Assembly (NCBI GenBank): GCA_963739455.1
Contig: CAVUAK010000001.1
Span: 1,792,001-1,856,000, forward strand
Reading direction: 5' to 3'
Length of the DNA stretch: 64,000 bases
Source: an uncultured Gemmatimonadales bacterium
GTDB taxonomy: Bacteria > Gemmatimonadota > Gemmatimonadetes > Gemmatimonadales > GWC2-71-9
In this document: in pieces, positions 20,896 to 31,592 of the stretch
How the letters are laid out: every line of letters begins with the position of its first letter
Position numbering within the stretch: the first letter of the stretch is position 1
Made by a program: the position numbers and the translations under genes
Notes under the pieces: model-generated
The model's input: only the letters and a program-made list of their open reading frames with translations
Told to the model about the DNA's origin: nothing
Databases searched by the model: none

Positions 20896-21417
20896 CTATC
20901 GGCGGGGGGACCCGACGATCGGCGCCATGGGCTCGGCGCTCCGGGGTGGCTCCATGCCGCCGCTGGCACTGCGACACGCCAGCCCGATGAACACGAGTGA
21001 TCCAGCCATGATGAGATTCTTGAAGATGGCCCGGGCGCCGGAGAGCACGATCGGCAGCTTGACCTCAGCCTCCGCCGTGGCCCGCAGCTCGATGACGTCG
21101 AGCGCCAGCAGGCCGCAGATCGCGAGCAGCAGCAGCGCCGCCAGGAAACTCAGGATCCCGATCCAGCGCAACACGAATCGGTGGTTCATCAGGCCCGCCA
21201 CCACCATGGCCAGCGCGATGCCCAGCAGCGGGGTCAGGAGGAAGCCGGCGAAGAGGGAACTCGACGCGAACCGCCACTTGGTCGATGATGGCAGGTACGG
21301 GACGACGCTGGTTACGAAATCGACGAACGGGAGAACGATGAGGAGCGCGCTGATGAGATACAGCGAGCCGCTGATCCTGCGAAAAGGGGCCCCATAGGGC
21401 CCCAGGGCGGACGTCAA
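20896..21417 (-). CDS. Hypothetical 4-TM membrane protein
   Basis: Four hydrophobic segments; GAGGAG RBS before TTG. Confidence 0.75.
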   Translation of the reverse strand: MTSALGPYGAPFRRISGSLYLISALLIVLPFVDFVTSVVPYLPSSTKWRFASSSLFAGFLLTPLLGIALAMVVAGLMNHRFVLRWIGILSFLAALLLLAICGLLALDVIELRATAEAEVKLPIVLSGARAIFKNLIMAGSLVFIGLACRSASGGMEPPRSAEPMAPIVGSPRR

Positions 21418-21522
21418 AGGGCGCTCCTCGTCAGGCGTTGCCTCGGGTTCGGGCGAAAGCTAACAGGACGAGGAGCCCCGTGCCCATGACGCCAGCATGG
21501 GGCACCGCACCGCGGGGTCGGC

Positions 21523-21879
21523 TCAGGCCTTGATCCAGAGCCTCACGGCAACCAGCACGAGGAACATGGCGAATGCGCGCTGCAGGGTGGTAGACGAAAG
21601 CAGTCCCGCCAGCTTGGCTCCGCCCAGCGCACCGAAGACGATGCCGAGTGCCACGAGCAGCGACGCGCGCGGCTCCAGGTTCCCGGACTTGTAGTAGGTG
21701 ATCGCGCCGAGCACTCCGACCGGCAGCAGCAATGCTCCGAGCGACGTGCCGACCGCCTGCTTGAACGGCATCTTCGCAAACTGGACGAGCGCCGGCACGA
21801 TGAGGATGCCGCCGCCGATGCCGAAGAGGCCGGCGAGGATGCCAGCGGCCAGGCCGATCGCGATGAAGATGAGTGTCAT
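21523..21879 (-). CDS. Half-size TSUP (TauE/SafE) family transporter
   Basis: GLAAGILAGLFGIGGGILIVP and AVGTSL; only 118 aa. Confidence 0.88.
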   Translation of the reverse strand: MTLIFIAIGLAAGILAGLFGIGGGILIVPALVQFAKMPFKQAVGTSLGALLLPVGVLGAITYYKSGNLEPRASLLVALGIVFGALGGAKLAGLLSSTTLQRAFAMFLVLVAVRLWIKA

Positions 21880-21883
21880 TGGC

Positions 21884-22306
21884 TTATCGCGCCTTCAGCG
21901 CGTCGCGGATTTCGCGGAGCAGGATCACGTCTTCCGCCGGCGCAGCAGGGGCGGGTGGAGTCGACTTCTTGAGCCGGTTCATCGCCGTCACCATCTGGAA
22001 GATGATGAACGCGAGGATGGCGAAGTTGATGGCCACCGTGATGAAGTTGCCGTAGGCGAACACCGGCACCCCGGCCTTTCGCACCGCGTCGAGCGTGTGC
22101 GGTACGTCGGGAGGTAGTGCGGCGAGCGGGATGAACAGGTTGGAGAAGTCGAGCCCGCCGGTAAGCCGGCCGACCAGCGGCATGATCAGGTCGTTCACCA
22201 CCGAATCGACAATCTTGCCGAAGGCACCGCCGATGATGACGCCGACGGCGAGGTCCATCACGCTGCCCTTGAGGGCGAACTCCTTGAATTCCTGAACCAT
22301 GCCCAT
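21884..22306 (-). CDS. mscL: Large-conductance mechanosensitive channel
   Basis: [38 protein letters not shown]. Confidence 0.97.
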   Translation of the reverse strand: MGMVQEFKEFALKGSVMDLAVGVIIGGAFGKIVDSVVNDLIMPLVGRLTGGLDFSNLFIPLAALPPDVPHTLDAVRKAGVPVFAYGNFITVAINFAILAFIIFQMVTAMNRLKKSTPPAPAAPAEDVILLREIRDALKAR

Positions 22307-22415
22307 GGGTAGTGCTCCCGATTGAGATGTTGCGCGACGTGTTCGATTCCGTGCCTGCAGTCCGCGTGTCCGGGCCGCGGTTCCAGTTTCCTAAAGATGT
22401 AGGCGGAGGCACCCC

Positions 22416-22453
22416 TTGCGCCCTCGTCGTCCGCGCTTTACTGTACAAAGCAC
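22416..22453 (+). promoter_or_regulatory. Sigma70 promoter overlapped by an operator-like palindrome
   Basis: TTGCGC-N17-TACTGT; GCTTTA-N5-CAAAGC (22435-22451) covers the -10 box. Confidence 0.55.
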
Positions 22454-22454
22454 T

Positions 22455-23052
22455 TTGACAGATCCACGCCCGGATGTGCCCGCCCTGCATTCCAGGGCCA
22501 TGGATAACCTCAGCTTCATCCGTCGTGCGATGGAGCGCTCATCGGCCTTCACCGCCGTGCCGGGTTGGGGCGGGATGGCCATGGGAGTGACGGCAGTGCT
22601 TCGGCAGCGTTGCGTCGGCCCGGGCCACCACGCCGCGCGCATGGACCGTCACCTGGCTGGGAGTCGCCGCCATTGCGAGCGCCATCGGCGCCGTGACGAT
22701 GGTGCAGAAGGCGCGACGCGAGGAAGGTGTGGTGCTGAGCGGCAAGGCACGGCGGTTCTTTCTCGGCTACTTGCCGCCGATCGGTGTCGGGGTCCTCCTG
22801 ACCCTGGTGCTCGTGCGACACGAAGTCTACGGCGCGCTCGCCGGCACCTGGCTGCTGCTCTATGGAACGGGGCTCGTCACGGGCGGGGTCTTCTCGGTGC
22901 GGGTGGTCCCGATCATGGGAGCCTGCTTCATGGCACTCGGGGCGGTCGCGCTGTTCACGCCGCCTTCATTGGCCAGTGTCTGGATGGGACTCGGGTTCGG
23001 TGGGCTGCACCTCGTGTTCGGTTTCCTGATTGCGCGGAGGTATGGTGGCTAG
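22455..23052 (+). CDS. Membrane protein paired with a wHTH regulator (frameshifted near 22600-22630)
   Basis: [27 protein letters not shown], continuing in another frame to [19 protein letters not shown]. Confidence 0.7.
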
Positions 23053-23432
23053 GCACTCGCACGCGCGACGCGTTGATCACCCTGCCGCTCCAGCTGTGCC
23101 GCGGACCCTGGGCACGGTGCCGGGAGCGGCGAGTGAGGCGCTCGAGCTCGACAAGCGTGATCCATGAGCGCATGCGTCTCGCCATCGTGAGCGCATTGGC
23201 CGTGAATCCGGCGCTCAGCTTCAACGAGCTGAAGCAACTGCTGGATACGACGGACGGGAACCTGAGCGTGCACGCCCGCAAGCTCGAGGACGCGGGATAC
23301 GTGCGGTGCAGCAAGAGCTTCGAGGGTCGCACTCCGCGCACCGACTACCAGCTGACTGGCGCCGGTCGCCAGGCGCTCGAGCGGTATCTCGCGCACATGG
23401 AGGCCCTGATCCGGGCGACGAGGAAGGGATAG
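23045..23432 (+). CDS. Winged-helix transcriptional regulator (HTH_34/ArsR-MarR-like), frameshifted N-terminus
   Basis: [14 protein letters not shown]...[29 protein letters not shown]...[11 protein letters not shown]. Confidence 0.88.
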
Positions 23433-23465
23433 GAACAGGGAACAGGGAACAAGGAACAAGGAACA
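23431..23465. repeat. (RGGAACA)x5 heptamer array
   Basis: AGGAACA GGGAACA GGGAACA AGGAACA AGGAACA, starting at the regulator stop codon. Confidence 0.88.
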
Positions 23466-23490
23466 GGGGATCGATCGCGGTCCCCATTTT
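23466..23490 (+). terminator. Possible intrinsic terminator
   Basis: GGGGATCG-ATCG-CGGTCCCC hairpin followed by ATTTT. Confidence 0.45.
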
Positions 23491-23502
23491 CGGCAGTTGT
23501 AA

Positions 23503-23519
23503 ACTTTGTGAGACAAAGT
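23503..23519. promoter_or_regulatory. Perfect palindrome ACTTTG-N5-CAAAGT (candidate operator)
   Basis: ACTTTGTGAGACAAAGT just upstream of AGGAGG and ATG 23539; resembles the site at 22435. Confidence 0.6.
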
Positions 23520-23538
23520 ACTTGTTCAGGAGGGCATC

Positions 23539-24164
23539 ATGCTGCGAATCGATCCTGAGTACCACACTCGGACTGCTGCTGCGACTGGGGGGCCTGGCAT
23601 CCTTTCTCCTGCTCTCCGCGTCCATCACCGGCGCACTTGCTGGTCGCGGCCATCGCGGTGGTCCGCGGTAACACACCGCTGTCGCGTCGCGCGGGAATGG
23701 TGGGCGTGACACTGCTCGGCACGTACGGAGCGCTGCTCCTCGGCGGTCCGCTGCTGCTCGGACGTCGTACCCTGGCACCGGGACAGGAACTCGCCTTCTG
23801 TGGTGTCGACTGCCACCTCCACCTCACGACGACACATGTGGTCCGCAATGGCGGCATCGATGTGACGATGCGGGCGCGCAGCGACGCGCGTGAGGTGCCG
23901 GAGGATCCGCGCTACGTGGCAATCTCCGTGGTCGATGCGCGCGGCACACGATATCATGCCGACTCGATGACGCTCGATACACCGCTCGGGCCGGGCGACT
24001 CATACGAGCGAACCTTGCACTTCGCCGTGCCGGCATCGGCCACCGGGCTTCGGCTCGTCGGCACGTGGCAGGGATGGCCGGCCTACGTCATTCCTGGGCC
24101 CGACAACATTTTCGTGCAGCGGCGCAGTGGCATCGTCCTGACGTCCGACTCGGTGTCGAGCTGA
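23539..24164 (+). CDS. Membrane-anchored hypothetical protein with a DUF4352-like Ig domain (frameshifted 5' part)
   Basis: AGGAGG RBS, TM segments, then FCGVDCHLH, VVDARGTRY and LGPGDSYERTLHFAVP. Confidence 0.6.
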
Positions 24165-25639
24165 TGCGCGGCCGGGTCGCGCCGTTCCTGCTCGGAGGCG
24201 GCATCGCACTGGGTGTCGGCTGGCGGATGCTGCAGCAGTCGGTACCTGAGCGGCTCGACTTCGCACTCGGGTTCGGGCTGTTGTTCATCGTGCTGGCTGT
24301 CGTGAGTCATCATGGTCACCTGCATCTTCCCGATTCCGACCGGGTAGTGGTCGGTGTACCCGCACTCCTGCTGGTGATCGCGCTCATCTGGCGCGACTCC
24401 GAAACCCTTTTCCTCGTCAACCTGCTCGCGCTGGCCGGGCTCGTCGCGCTTGCTCGACCGGTGCGGGTTGGGCTGAAGGCGCGCCTGCTGGACAGCGACG
24501 TTGGTGACCTGGTGCGTCGCGGCGTGCACGCCGTGCGTGGGGCGACGTACGGAGCCTGGCCGCTGCTCCGTGCCATGCGCGGACCCGAGGCCAGCCGTTC
24601 GCCGAGGTCGCGATGGGCGGCGGGGTTCGGCGTCGTGGCTATCTCGCCGGTGCTGGTGCTGTTCAGCCTGCTGCTGGGCAGCGCCGACCCGGTATTCGAG
24701 CGGCTCCTTGGGCGTCTCGTCAATCCTGAGCTGGTCATCCAGCACGTTGTGCCCCTCATGCTCTGGTCCTGGCTCGGCACGGGCCTGCTCTGGGGCCTGA
24801 CGCGCGCGCCGTTGGCTACCGAGACGGGGCCTGCCGGCGGGAAGGTCAGCTCGCCATTCGTCATCGGCGCGCTGGCGCCAATCGCCCTGCTCTTTCTTGC
24901 CTTCCTCGTGCTGCAGTCGCGCTACCTGTTTGGTGGCCGGGCCGTGGTGCTCGGCACGGCAGACCTCAGCTTCTCGGAGTATGCGCGTCGAGGCTTCTTC
25001 GAACTGGTGACGGTCTCGGCGGCGATGCTGCCGGTGCTCCTTGTGGCTGATTGGGCTGCCGACCAGCGATCAGCGCAGGACCAGCGGAGGTTCCGTTTCC
25101 TCGCCCGCACGCTGCTCGTGCTCCTGGCCGGGCTGCTCGGGTCGGCGCTCCTGCGGATGGCGATGTACACCGGCGAGTATGGCCTCACCGAGCAGCGGCT
25201 CTTCACCACGGCGTTCATGGCGTGGCTGGCGTTCGTCCTGGCGTGGTTCGCCGCGAGCGTGCTGCAGTCGCGCCGGGACCGCTTCTCCGCGGGCGCCCTG
25301 GGCGCCGCGCTGGCCACGCTGCTCCTGGTAAACGTTGCCGGGCCGGAGCAGGTAATTGTCCGGGTCAATGCGTGGCGCGCGGAGCGGGGCCGTCCATTTG
25401 ACGCTCAGTACCTGGCGAGCCTGGGCGCCGGTGCCGTTCCCGCGGCGCTGGACGTGCTCGCCGGCCTGCCGGCCACCGCCCGGTGCGACGCGGCACGCCG
25501 CCTCGACGAGCGATGGAGTGGCGCGGCCAGCCGGGTACAGCAGACCTGGACCATCGAGCGGTGGCGCGCCACCGGCTCGATGCTCGAGGAATTGCGACAT
25601 GCGGTCGACACGGCGTGCGACCTGAAGGGTAGAAGCTGA
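24164..25639 (+). CDS. DUF4153/DUF4173 family multi-TM membrane protein
   Basis: LLGSADPVF, SEYARRGFFELV, YGLTEQRL, FDAQYLASL; TGATG coupling. Confidence 0.85.
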   Translation: MRGRVAPFLLGGGIALGVGWRMLQQSVPERLDFALGFGLLFIVLAVVSHHGHLHLPDSDRVVVGVPALLLVIALIWRDSETLFLVNLLALAGLVALARPVRVGLKARLLDSDVGDLVRRGVHAVRGATYGAWPLLRAMRGPEASRSPRSRWAAGFGVVAISPVLVLFSLLLGSADPVFERLLGRLVNPELVIQHVVPLMLWSWLGTGLLWGLTRAPLATETGPAGGKVSSPFVIGALAPIALLFLAFLVLQSRYLFGGRAVVLGTADLSFSEYARRGFFELVTVSAAMLPVLLVADWAADQRSAQDQRRFRFLARTLLVLLAGLLGSALLRMAMYTGEYGLTEQRLFTTAFMAWLAFVLAWFAASVLQSRRDRFSAGALGAALATLLLVNVAGPEQVIVRVNAWRAERGRPFDAQYLASLGAGAVPAALDVLAGLPATARCDAARRLDERWSGAASRVQQTWTIERWRATGSMLEELRHAVDTACDLKGRS

Positions 25640-25661
25640 GGTGCGTATCATTCAGCCCGGC

Positions 25662-26565
25662 ATGAAGACACCTTCTCGCGCTCCCGACCGGTCGCAGGTC
25701 GACCGCGTACCGCCCAGTCTCGCCGGCGGTCGCGGGTCGCTTTCCCGTCGCCACTTCCTCGCCGCGGCTGCGACGGCGGGCGCGGCGGGGGTTGGCCTGT
25801 CTGGATACGCCTTCGGGCCAGCGGCAACGACGGTCGAATTGACCCGGCACGAGCCTGCCGGTTCCGGGTCTCGCACCGTCTCTCAAGGGCCTGCGCATCG
25901 CGCATGTGTCTGACGTGCACCTTCCTGCGAACCAGGGCGCGGTGCGCCACGCCCTGGCCCTGCTCGAGGCGGAGCGACCAGAAGTGGTCATCCTTACGGG
26001 TGACATCGTCGAGCGCTACCAGGCGCTGGACGCCCTCATCGAGTTCGCGCGACGCGCGCGCGGTACCGTCGGCACGTACGCCGTCATTGGAAACTGGGAG
26101 CGGTCTGGCGGGATCCGGCCTGACGATGCCCGAAGGGCGTACGCGGCGGCCGGCGTGCAGTTTCTCTGCAATGAGACGGCGATGCTCAAGGTCGGCGCCG
26201 CGCGACTGGGAATTGTCGGCCTCGACGACTGGGTGAGCGGTCGGCCCGATCCTGCGGAGGCGCTCGCGCGCGTGGATGGCGGTGACGCCATGGTGTGGGC
26301 GCTTCACGCCCCCGGCTATGCCGACCTGTTGCCCGTGGGCGCGCCAGCGTCAGTGGTGCTCGCCGGGCACACGCACGGAGGGCAGATCAGGCTTCCGCTG
26401 CTCCCGGCCCTGAGGCCGTCGGGGTCGGGCCGCTTCCTGGAGGGGTGGTACGATACGCCGGCCGCGCCACTCTACGTGTCTCGGGGCGTTGGTACGACGG
26501 ACATCCGCGCGCGATTCAACTGCCCTGCGGAGCTTCCCCTGTTCACCCTGGTACCCACCCGATGA
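25662..26565 (+). CDS. Tat-exported metallophosphoesterase (YkuE-like), frameshifted near 25820-25890
   Basis: SRRHFL twin-arginine signal; SDVH, TGDIV, GNWE, LAGHTHGGQ and VSRGVG motifs. Confidence 0.85.
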
Positions 26566-26618
26566 ATCCGATTGGGTGCTGGTGACGTTACCATGCTGAC
26601 CACTACCGGACAGGCACG

Positions 26619-27252
26619 ATGATCAGGCGATTGCTGGGCTCCATCACGCTCGCGGCAGCGCTGCCGCTGCTGCTTGCCTCGACCCCTCGCGCTGGGGCGC
26701 GAGGCGAGCAAACCATTGTGTTCGCTGGCGGCTGCTTCTGGGGCGTCGAGGCGGTGTTCGAGCACGTGAAGGGAGTGACATCTGCGGTATCCGGCTATGC
26801 GGGCGGCACGACGCAGTCGCCGACGTACGGGGAAGTGAGCACGGGGAACACCGGTCACGCGGAATCGGTGCAAGTGGTGTTCGATCCTTCGCAGGTAAGC
26901 CTCGAACAGTTCCTGCAGGTGTTCTTCATGGTGGCGCACGACCCGACGCTACTCAATCGCCAGGGGCCGGATGTCGGCACGCAGTATCGGTCGGCGGTTT
27001 TCTATTCTGGGCCGGCCCAGCAGCAGGCAGTCCAGGCGTATATCGCGGCGCTGACACAGAAGAAGGTGTATCCCCGGCCGATCGTCACCCAGGTGGCGCC
27101 ACTCACCGTGTTCTATCCGGCGGAGGCTTACCACCAGGGCTACTTGGCACTTCATCCGTACCAGCCGTACATCGTGATCAACGACATGCCCAAGCTGGAC
27201 AACCTTCGCCGCAACTTCCCGGCGACTCTACCGGGAGTCGCCCGCGACCTGA
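26619..27252 (+). CDS. msrA: Peptide-methionine (S)-S-oxide reductase with signal peptide
   Basis: FAGGCFWGVE, GHAESV, HDPTLLNRQGPDVGTQYRS, AEAYHQ. The real end (LYRESPAT*) requires a frameshift near 27225. Confidence 0.93.
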
Positions 27253-27255
27253 GGG

Positions 27256-28081
27256 TCAGCCGACGGCAGCGAGGTTGTACATCGCGCGGAAGGCACGGAA
27301 CACTTCGCGATAGTCCGTGTGGGTGTACGACAGGGTCCGTCCGTCGCGACGCTCCGAGCCCGGCACCAGTTCCGCGTTGTCGGCGTGCTGCGTCAGCGCG
27401 AACTCCACCTCGAGTGTCACCGGCGACGTCAGCGTGAACGGCGCATGCTTCCGCTGCAGTGCACCGCGTGGCCCCGGCGCGAATGCGCCGGCACGACTCG
27501 GTCGGTGACACGCTGCGCGCCGAGAACCGGCCCACCGCTTCCTTCACGACTACCGCCTCGAGGTCCGCGCCCAGCAGCGCATGCGCTTCCGCCGCCAGGG
27601 CCTGGTCGCCCGAGACCATCACGACCGGCACACCGAAGGCACCGGCCACCGCCGCGTTGAGCCCGAGTTCTCCCACCGGACGGCCGTTCAGCTTCACCTG
27701 GTGGATCTTGTCGGTATAGGTGTGATCGATGGTCGCGTGCTTCGTGCCGGCCATCGCGTGATATCCGATGCACATCACCGCGTCGAACCCGCCGTCCACG
27801 CCTTCCATCATCGAGAGTCGCTTCGGGCCGCTGGAGATGAGCTCGGCGGCCTCGTGCAGTTCCTCGGCGAGCAGGTTCCGCATGAGCCAGTGCGAGTCAT
27901 TGACGAGGATGCGGCTGGCGCCGGCACTGGCGGCACCCTGGATCGCCGCGTTGGCCTCGTCGGTCATGAGGCGACGGAATCGGGCGTACTCGACGGCGTG
28001 CGCGGGGTTGACGGGATCGGTCTGGTCCTCGTGCGCCACGCCGGCGACGCCTTCCATGTCGACCGAGATGTAGACGTTCAT
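27256..28081 (-). CDS. M55 family D-aminopeptidase (DppA-type), C-terminal frameshifts
   Basis: YISVDMEG, VNDSH, IGYHA, HTY, SGD, VVKE motifs. Confidence 0.9.
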
Positions 28082-28096
28082 CGGGAAGTTCCGTCC

Positions 28097-28429
28097 TCAG
28101 TAGACGCGCCCGCCCAGGGGCACGTCGCGATCGGGGGCGATGAGCACGACGTGCCCATCCTCGTTCGGCAGGCCCAGCACGAGCACCTCGGACGCGAATC
28201 CCGCCACCTTGCGCGTCCCCAGGTTCACCGCCGCCACGATCTGTCGGCCGATCAGGTCGTCCGCGGTGTACAGCTCGGTGAGCTTGGCGCTCGACGTGCG
28301 CATGCCGAGCGAGCCGAAGTCGATCCACAGGCAGAAGGCCGGTACGCGCGCCTTGGCGTTCGGTTCGCAGCGAGTGATGCGACCGACGCGCAAGTCGAGG
28401 ATGCCGAAGGCGTCGAGGGGGGTGGTCAT
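28097..28429 (-). CDS. csaA: tRNA-binding OB-fold protein / CsaA chaperone
   Basis: LDLRVGRI, SSAKLTELY, VAAVNLGTRKVAGFASEVLVLG, VPLGGRVY. Confidence 0.85.
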   Translation of the reverse strand: MTTPLDAFGILDLRVGRITRCEPNAKARVPAFCLWIDFGSLGMRTSSAKLTELYTADDLIGRQIVAAVNLGTRKVAGFASEVLVLGLPNEDGHVVLIAPDRDVPLGGRVY

Positions 28430-29225
28430 GCGAGCAGCTCCCCGCGCAGCACGGTGACGGCGTGTCCGCTGAGGAGCACGCGATCGCCGATCCAGCCGCA
28501 CCCGCACCGTGCCACCGCGGGGCGATGCCTGGAAGCCGACGAGTGCATCCCGCCCGAAGATACCGGCCCAGTAGGGAGCCAGCGCGCAGTGGGCGGAGCC
28601 GGTCACCGGGTCTTCGTCGACGCCCGACTGCGGACCGAAGAAGCGGGAGACGAAGTCGTGCGCGCCGTCATCGCCTGGTGCCGTGACGATGACGCCGCGG
28701 CAGGGGAGGGCACCATACCAGCGCGTAGTCGGGTGTCGCGCTGCCGCACCGCGTCCGGCATTCTCGAGGCGGGCCACCAGGTCGAACCGTGACCGTCCGG
28801 CCCACTCCACCGGCGCGCACACGGCGGCCGCAAGGCTCGAGGCGAAGGCGGGAGCCGGATCAGCGGGTGTTGCCGGAAAGTCGAGCTCGATGAGGCCGTC
28901 TCTCTGGTGCGGCGGTGAGCCACCCGCTCTTCGTGTGGAAGCGCGCGGTGGTGCCGGTCGGGAGGCGCCTTGTTTCCCAGAGCGCGTGCGCGCTTGCCAG
29001 CGTGGCGTGTCCACAGAGGTCCACCTCGCAGGTGGGCGTGAACCACCTGAGGTCGAAGCCGTCGTGGCGCGGCGACACGAACGCTGTCTCGGCGAGGTTC
29101 ATCTCCGCCGCCACCGCCTGCATCCAGTCCTCGTCGCGGGCCGCCTCGAGCAGGCACACCGCGGCAGGGTTGCCGTGGAACGGGCGGTCGGTGAAGGCAT
29201 CGACCTGAAAGAGTGGAATGGTCAT
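28426..29225 (-). CDS. PhzF family isomerase (frameshifted)
   Basis: [46 protein letters not shown]. Confidence 0.9.
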
Positions 29226-29614
29226 GGGTCCTCGTCGATGACGGCGTCGACCTCGATTTCCACCAGGTGCGCGGGGTCGATGAGCCGGCGTACCTCGACC
29301 ATGGTGGCGGCGGGGCGCACATCGCGGAAGAACTCACCATGTGCGCGGCCGACCTCTTCCCAGCGCGAAATATCGGTCACGAACATCCGCGTCCGGACGA
29401 CGTGGCGCAGTCCGGCGCCCGCCTCGTTGAGTGCTTTCTCGATCGTGACGAGCGCCTGCCGTGCCTGCACATAGGCATCGCCCTCGCCCACGACCTTGCC
29501 GTCGGCGCCAGTCGCGGTCGTGCCGGCCACGTGGACCAGGTTCCCGGTCCGGACGGCGCGGGAGTAACCCACGATCGATTCCCACGGTGCGCCGGAGCTG
29601 ATCAATTGTCGCAT
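29222..29614 (-). CDS. RidA/YjgF family protein
   Basis: [43 protein letters not shown]. Confidence 0.93.
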   Translation of the reverse strand: MRQLISSGAPWESIVGYSRAVRTGNLVHVAGTTATGADGKVVGEGDAYVQARQALVTIEKALNEAGAGLRHVVRTRMFVTDISRWEEVGRAHGEFFRDVRPAATMVEVRRLIDPAHLVEIEVDAVIDEDP

Positions 29615-29628
29615 GACGACTCTCGCAT

Positions 29629-30620
29629 TCAGGGTGTCGACTCAGCGTAGTGACATGCCACCTGCACGCCGGCCAGCGGCCGGAGCTCCGGACGTTCGGT
29701 GCGGCACCGCTCGTCGCGCTTCGGGTGGAAGCAGCGCGTGTGGAAGGCGCATCCCGGTGGGGGCGCTGCGGGGCTCGGCGGGTCGCCACTCAGGACGATG
29801 CGGCCGGCCATCGGCGTGACACTGGCCTCGGGCACCGCCGAGCGGAGGGCCACCGTGTACGGATGCCGGGGCGCACTGAGGACCCGGTCGGCCGCGCCCG
29901 TCTCCACGATACGCCCGAGGTACATCACCGCAATGCGGTCGGCGACCTGGCGCACCACGGCGAGGTCGTGCGCAATGAACAGGTAGGACAGGCTCCTGGC
30001 CCGCTGCAGGTCGGACAGGAGGTTGAGCACCTGCGCCTGGACCGAGACATCGAGCGACGATACCGGCTCGTCGCAGATGATGAGCTCGGGTTCGACGGCG
30101 AGCGCACGGGCAATGCCGATCCGCTGGCGCTGGCCACCCGAGAATTCGTGCGGGTACCGGGTGGCATAGCCGGGGTCCAGGCCCACCTCCTCCAGCAGCG
30201 TGGCGACGCGCCCGCGGCGCTGCGGCTGGGTGCCGATGTGATGGATGTCCATCCCTTCCGCAATCGCGTCACCCACCGTCATGCGCGGATTGAGCGAGCC
30301 ATAGGGATCCTGGAAGATCATCTGCACCCGCCGGCGAAAGGCGCGCAGTGCATCGGGGCCCAGCGTGAAGATGTCGGTGCCATCGAGGAGCGCCTGCCCC
30401 GATGTCGGCTCCTGCAGCCGGATGATGGTGCGCCCCACGGTGGTCTTGCCGCATCCCGACTCGCCCACGAGGCCGAGGGTCTCACCGCGACCGAGCGTCA
30501 GCGATACACCGTCGACCGCTCGCACCGGTGGCGCGCTGCGACCGAGCAGCGCGCGCGCGCCATAGTGCTTGACCAGGTCGCGTACGTCGAGCAGCGGTGT
30601 GATGCGAGTGGCGCCGTCAT
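29629..30620 (-). CDS. Oligopeptide ABC transporter ATP-binding subunit (OppF/DppF-like)
   Basis: [25 protein letters not shown] and C-terminal cysteines; frameshift near the start. Confidence 0.92.
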
Positions 30621-31592
30621 GCGTCGTCACCGGCCAGCCAGCAGCGGGCTTCGTGACCGGGAGCTGCCCGGCGCAAGGTGGGCATCCTGTCACACCGCTC
30701 GAATCGCTCCGGACACCGCGGGCCGAAGCGGCAGCCGGTGGGCCATGCCGTGGGTGGCGGCACCGAGCCCGCAATGGGTGTGAGTCGCGCGCGGGCGCCG
30801 GTAATGGTCGGCACGGAGCCGAACAAGCCACGGGTATACGGGTGGGCCGGTGCCTCGAACACCTGGCGCGTCGAGGCGCGCTCGACAATCTGTCCCGCGT
30901 ACATCACGCACATGTCATCGGCCCGCCCCGCCACGACGCCGAGGTCGTGCGTGATCAGGAGCACCGCCATGCCGCGCTCCTGGCGCAGGCGGTCGAGCAG
31001 CTCGAGGATCTGCGCCTGCACCGTCACGTCGAGCGCCGTCGTCGGCTCATCGGCGATGAGGATCTCCGGCTCGGCGGCAAGCGCGATGGCGATCATGACG
31101 CGCTGGCGCATGCCGCCGCTCAGCTGGTGCGGATACTCGCCCAGCCGACGCGACGGGATCGGCGATGCCGACCTCGCCCAGCAGTGCCTCGGCGCGCGCC
31201 AGCGCGTCGCGCCGCGAGACGTCGCGATGTGCTCGCACCGCCTCGGCGATCTGGTCTCCCGCCGTGAGCACCGGGTTGAGGCTCGTCATCGGGTCCTGGA
31301 AGACCATGCCGATGCGCCCACCTCGCACGCTGCGCATCGCGTCCTCGTCGAACGACATGACGTCCTTGCCCTCGAGCCGGATCACGCTGGACGCGTCCAC
31401 GCGACCGGGCGGCGGCACGAGGCGCAGCAGCGCCAGGCCGGTGAGGCTCTTGCCGCAGCCCGACTCGCCCACGAGTGCGAGGGTGCGGCCGCGCTCGAGC
31501 GCGAAGCTCACGCCATCCACCGGGTGGATGGTGCGACCGCCACTGGCGGGGAAGCTGACGCGCAGGTCGCGCACTTCGAGGAGGGGTGTCAT
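30617..31592 (-). CDS. Oligopeptide ABC transporter ATP-binding subunit (OppD/DppD-like), frameshift near 31150
   Basis: GESGCGKS and [10 protein letters not shown], then MRQRVMIA and ADEPTTALD. Confidence 0.9.

Noticed and set aside
22416..23432. 338-aa membrane protein-wHTH fusion (ORF track)
   Set aside because: Artefact of frameshifts. The membrane protein has its own stop at 23052.
1355..23465. Short repeat arrays as CRISPR
   Set aside because: Units are 7-8 nt, tandem and without spacers; no cas genes in the window.
28097..29014. PhzF-CsaA fusion (ORF track)
   Set aside because: Caused by a frameshift near 28490. An ATGA overlap at 28426-28429 shows two separate genes.
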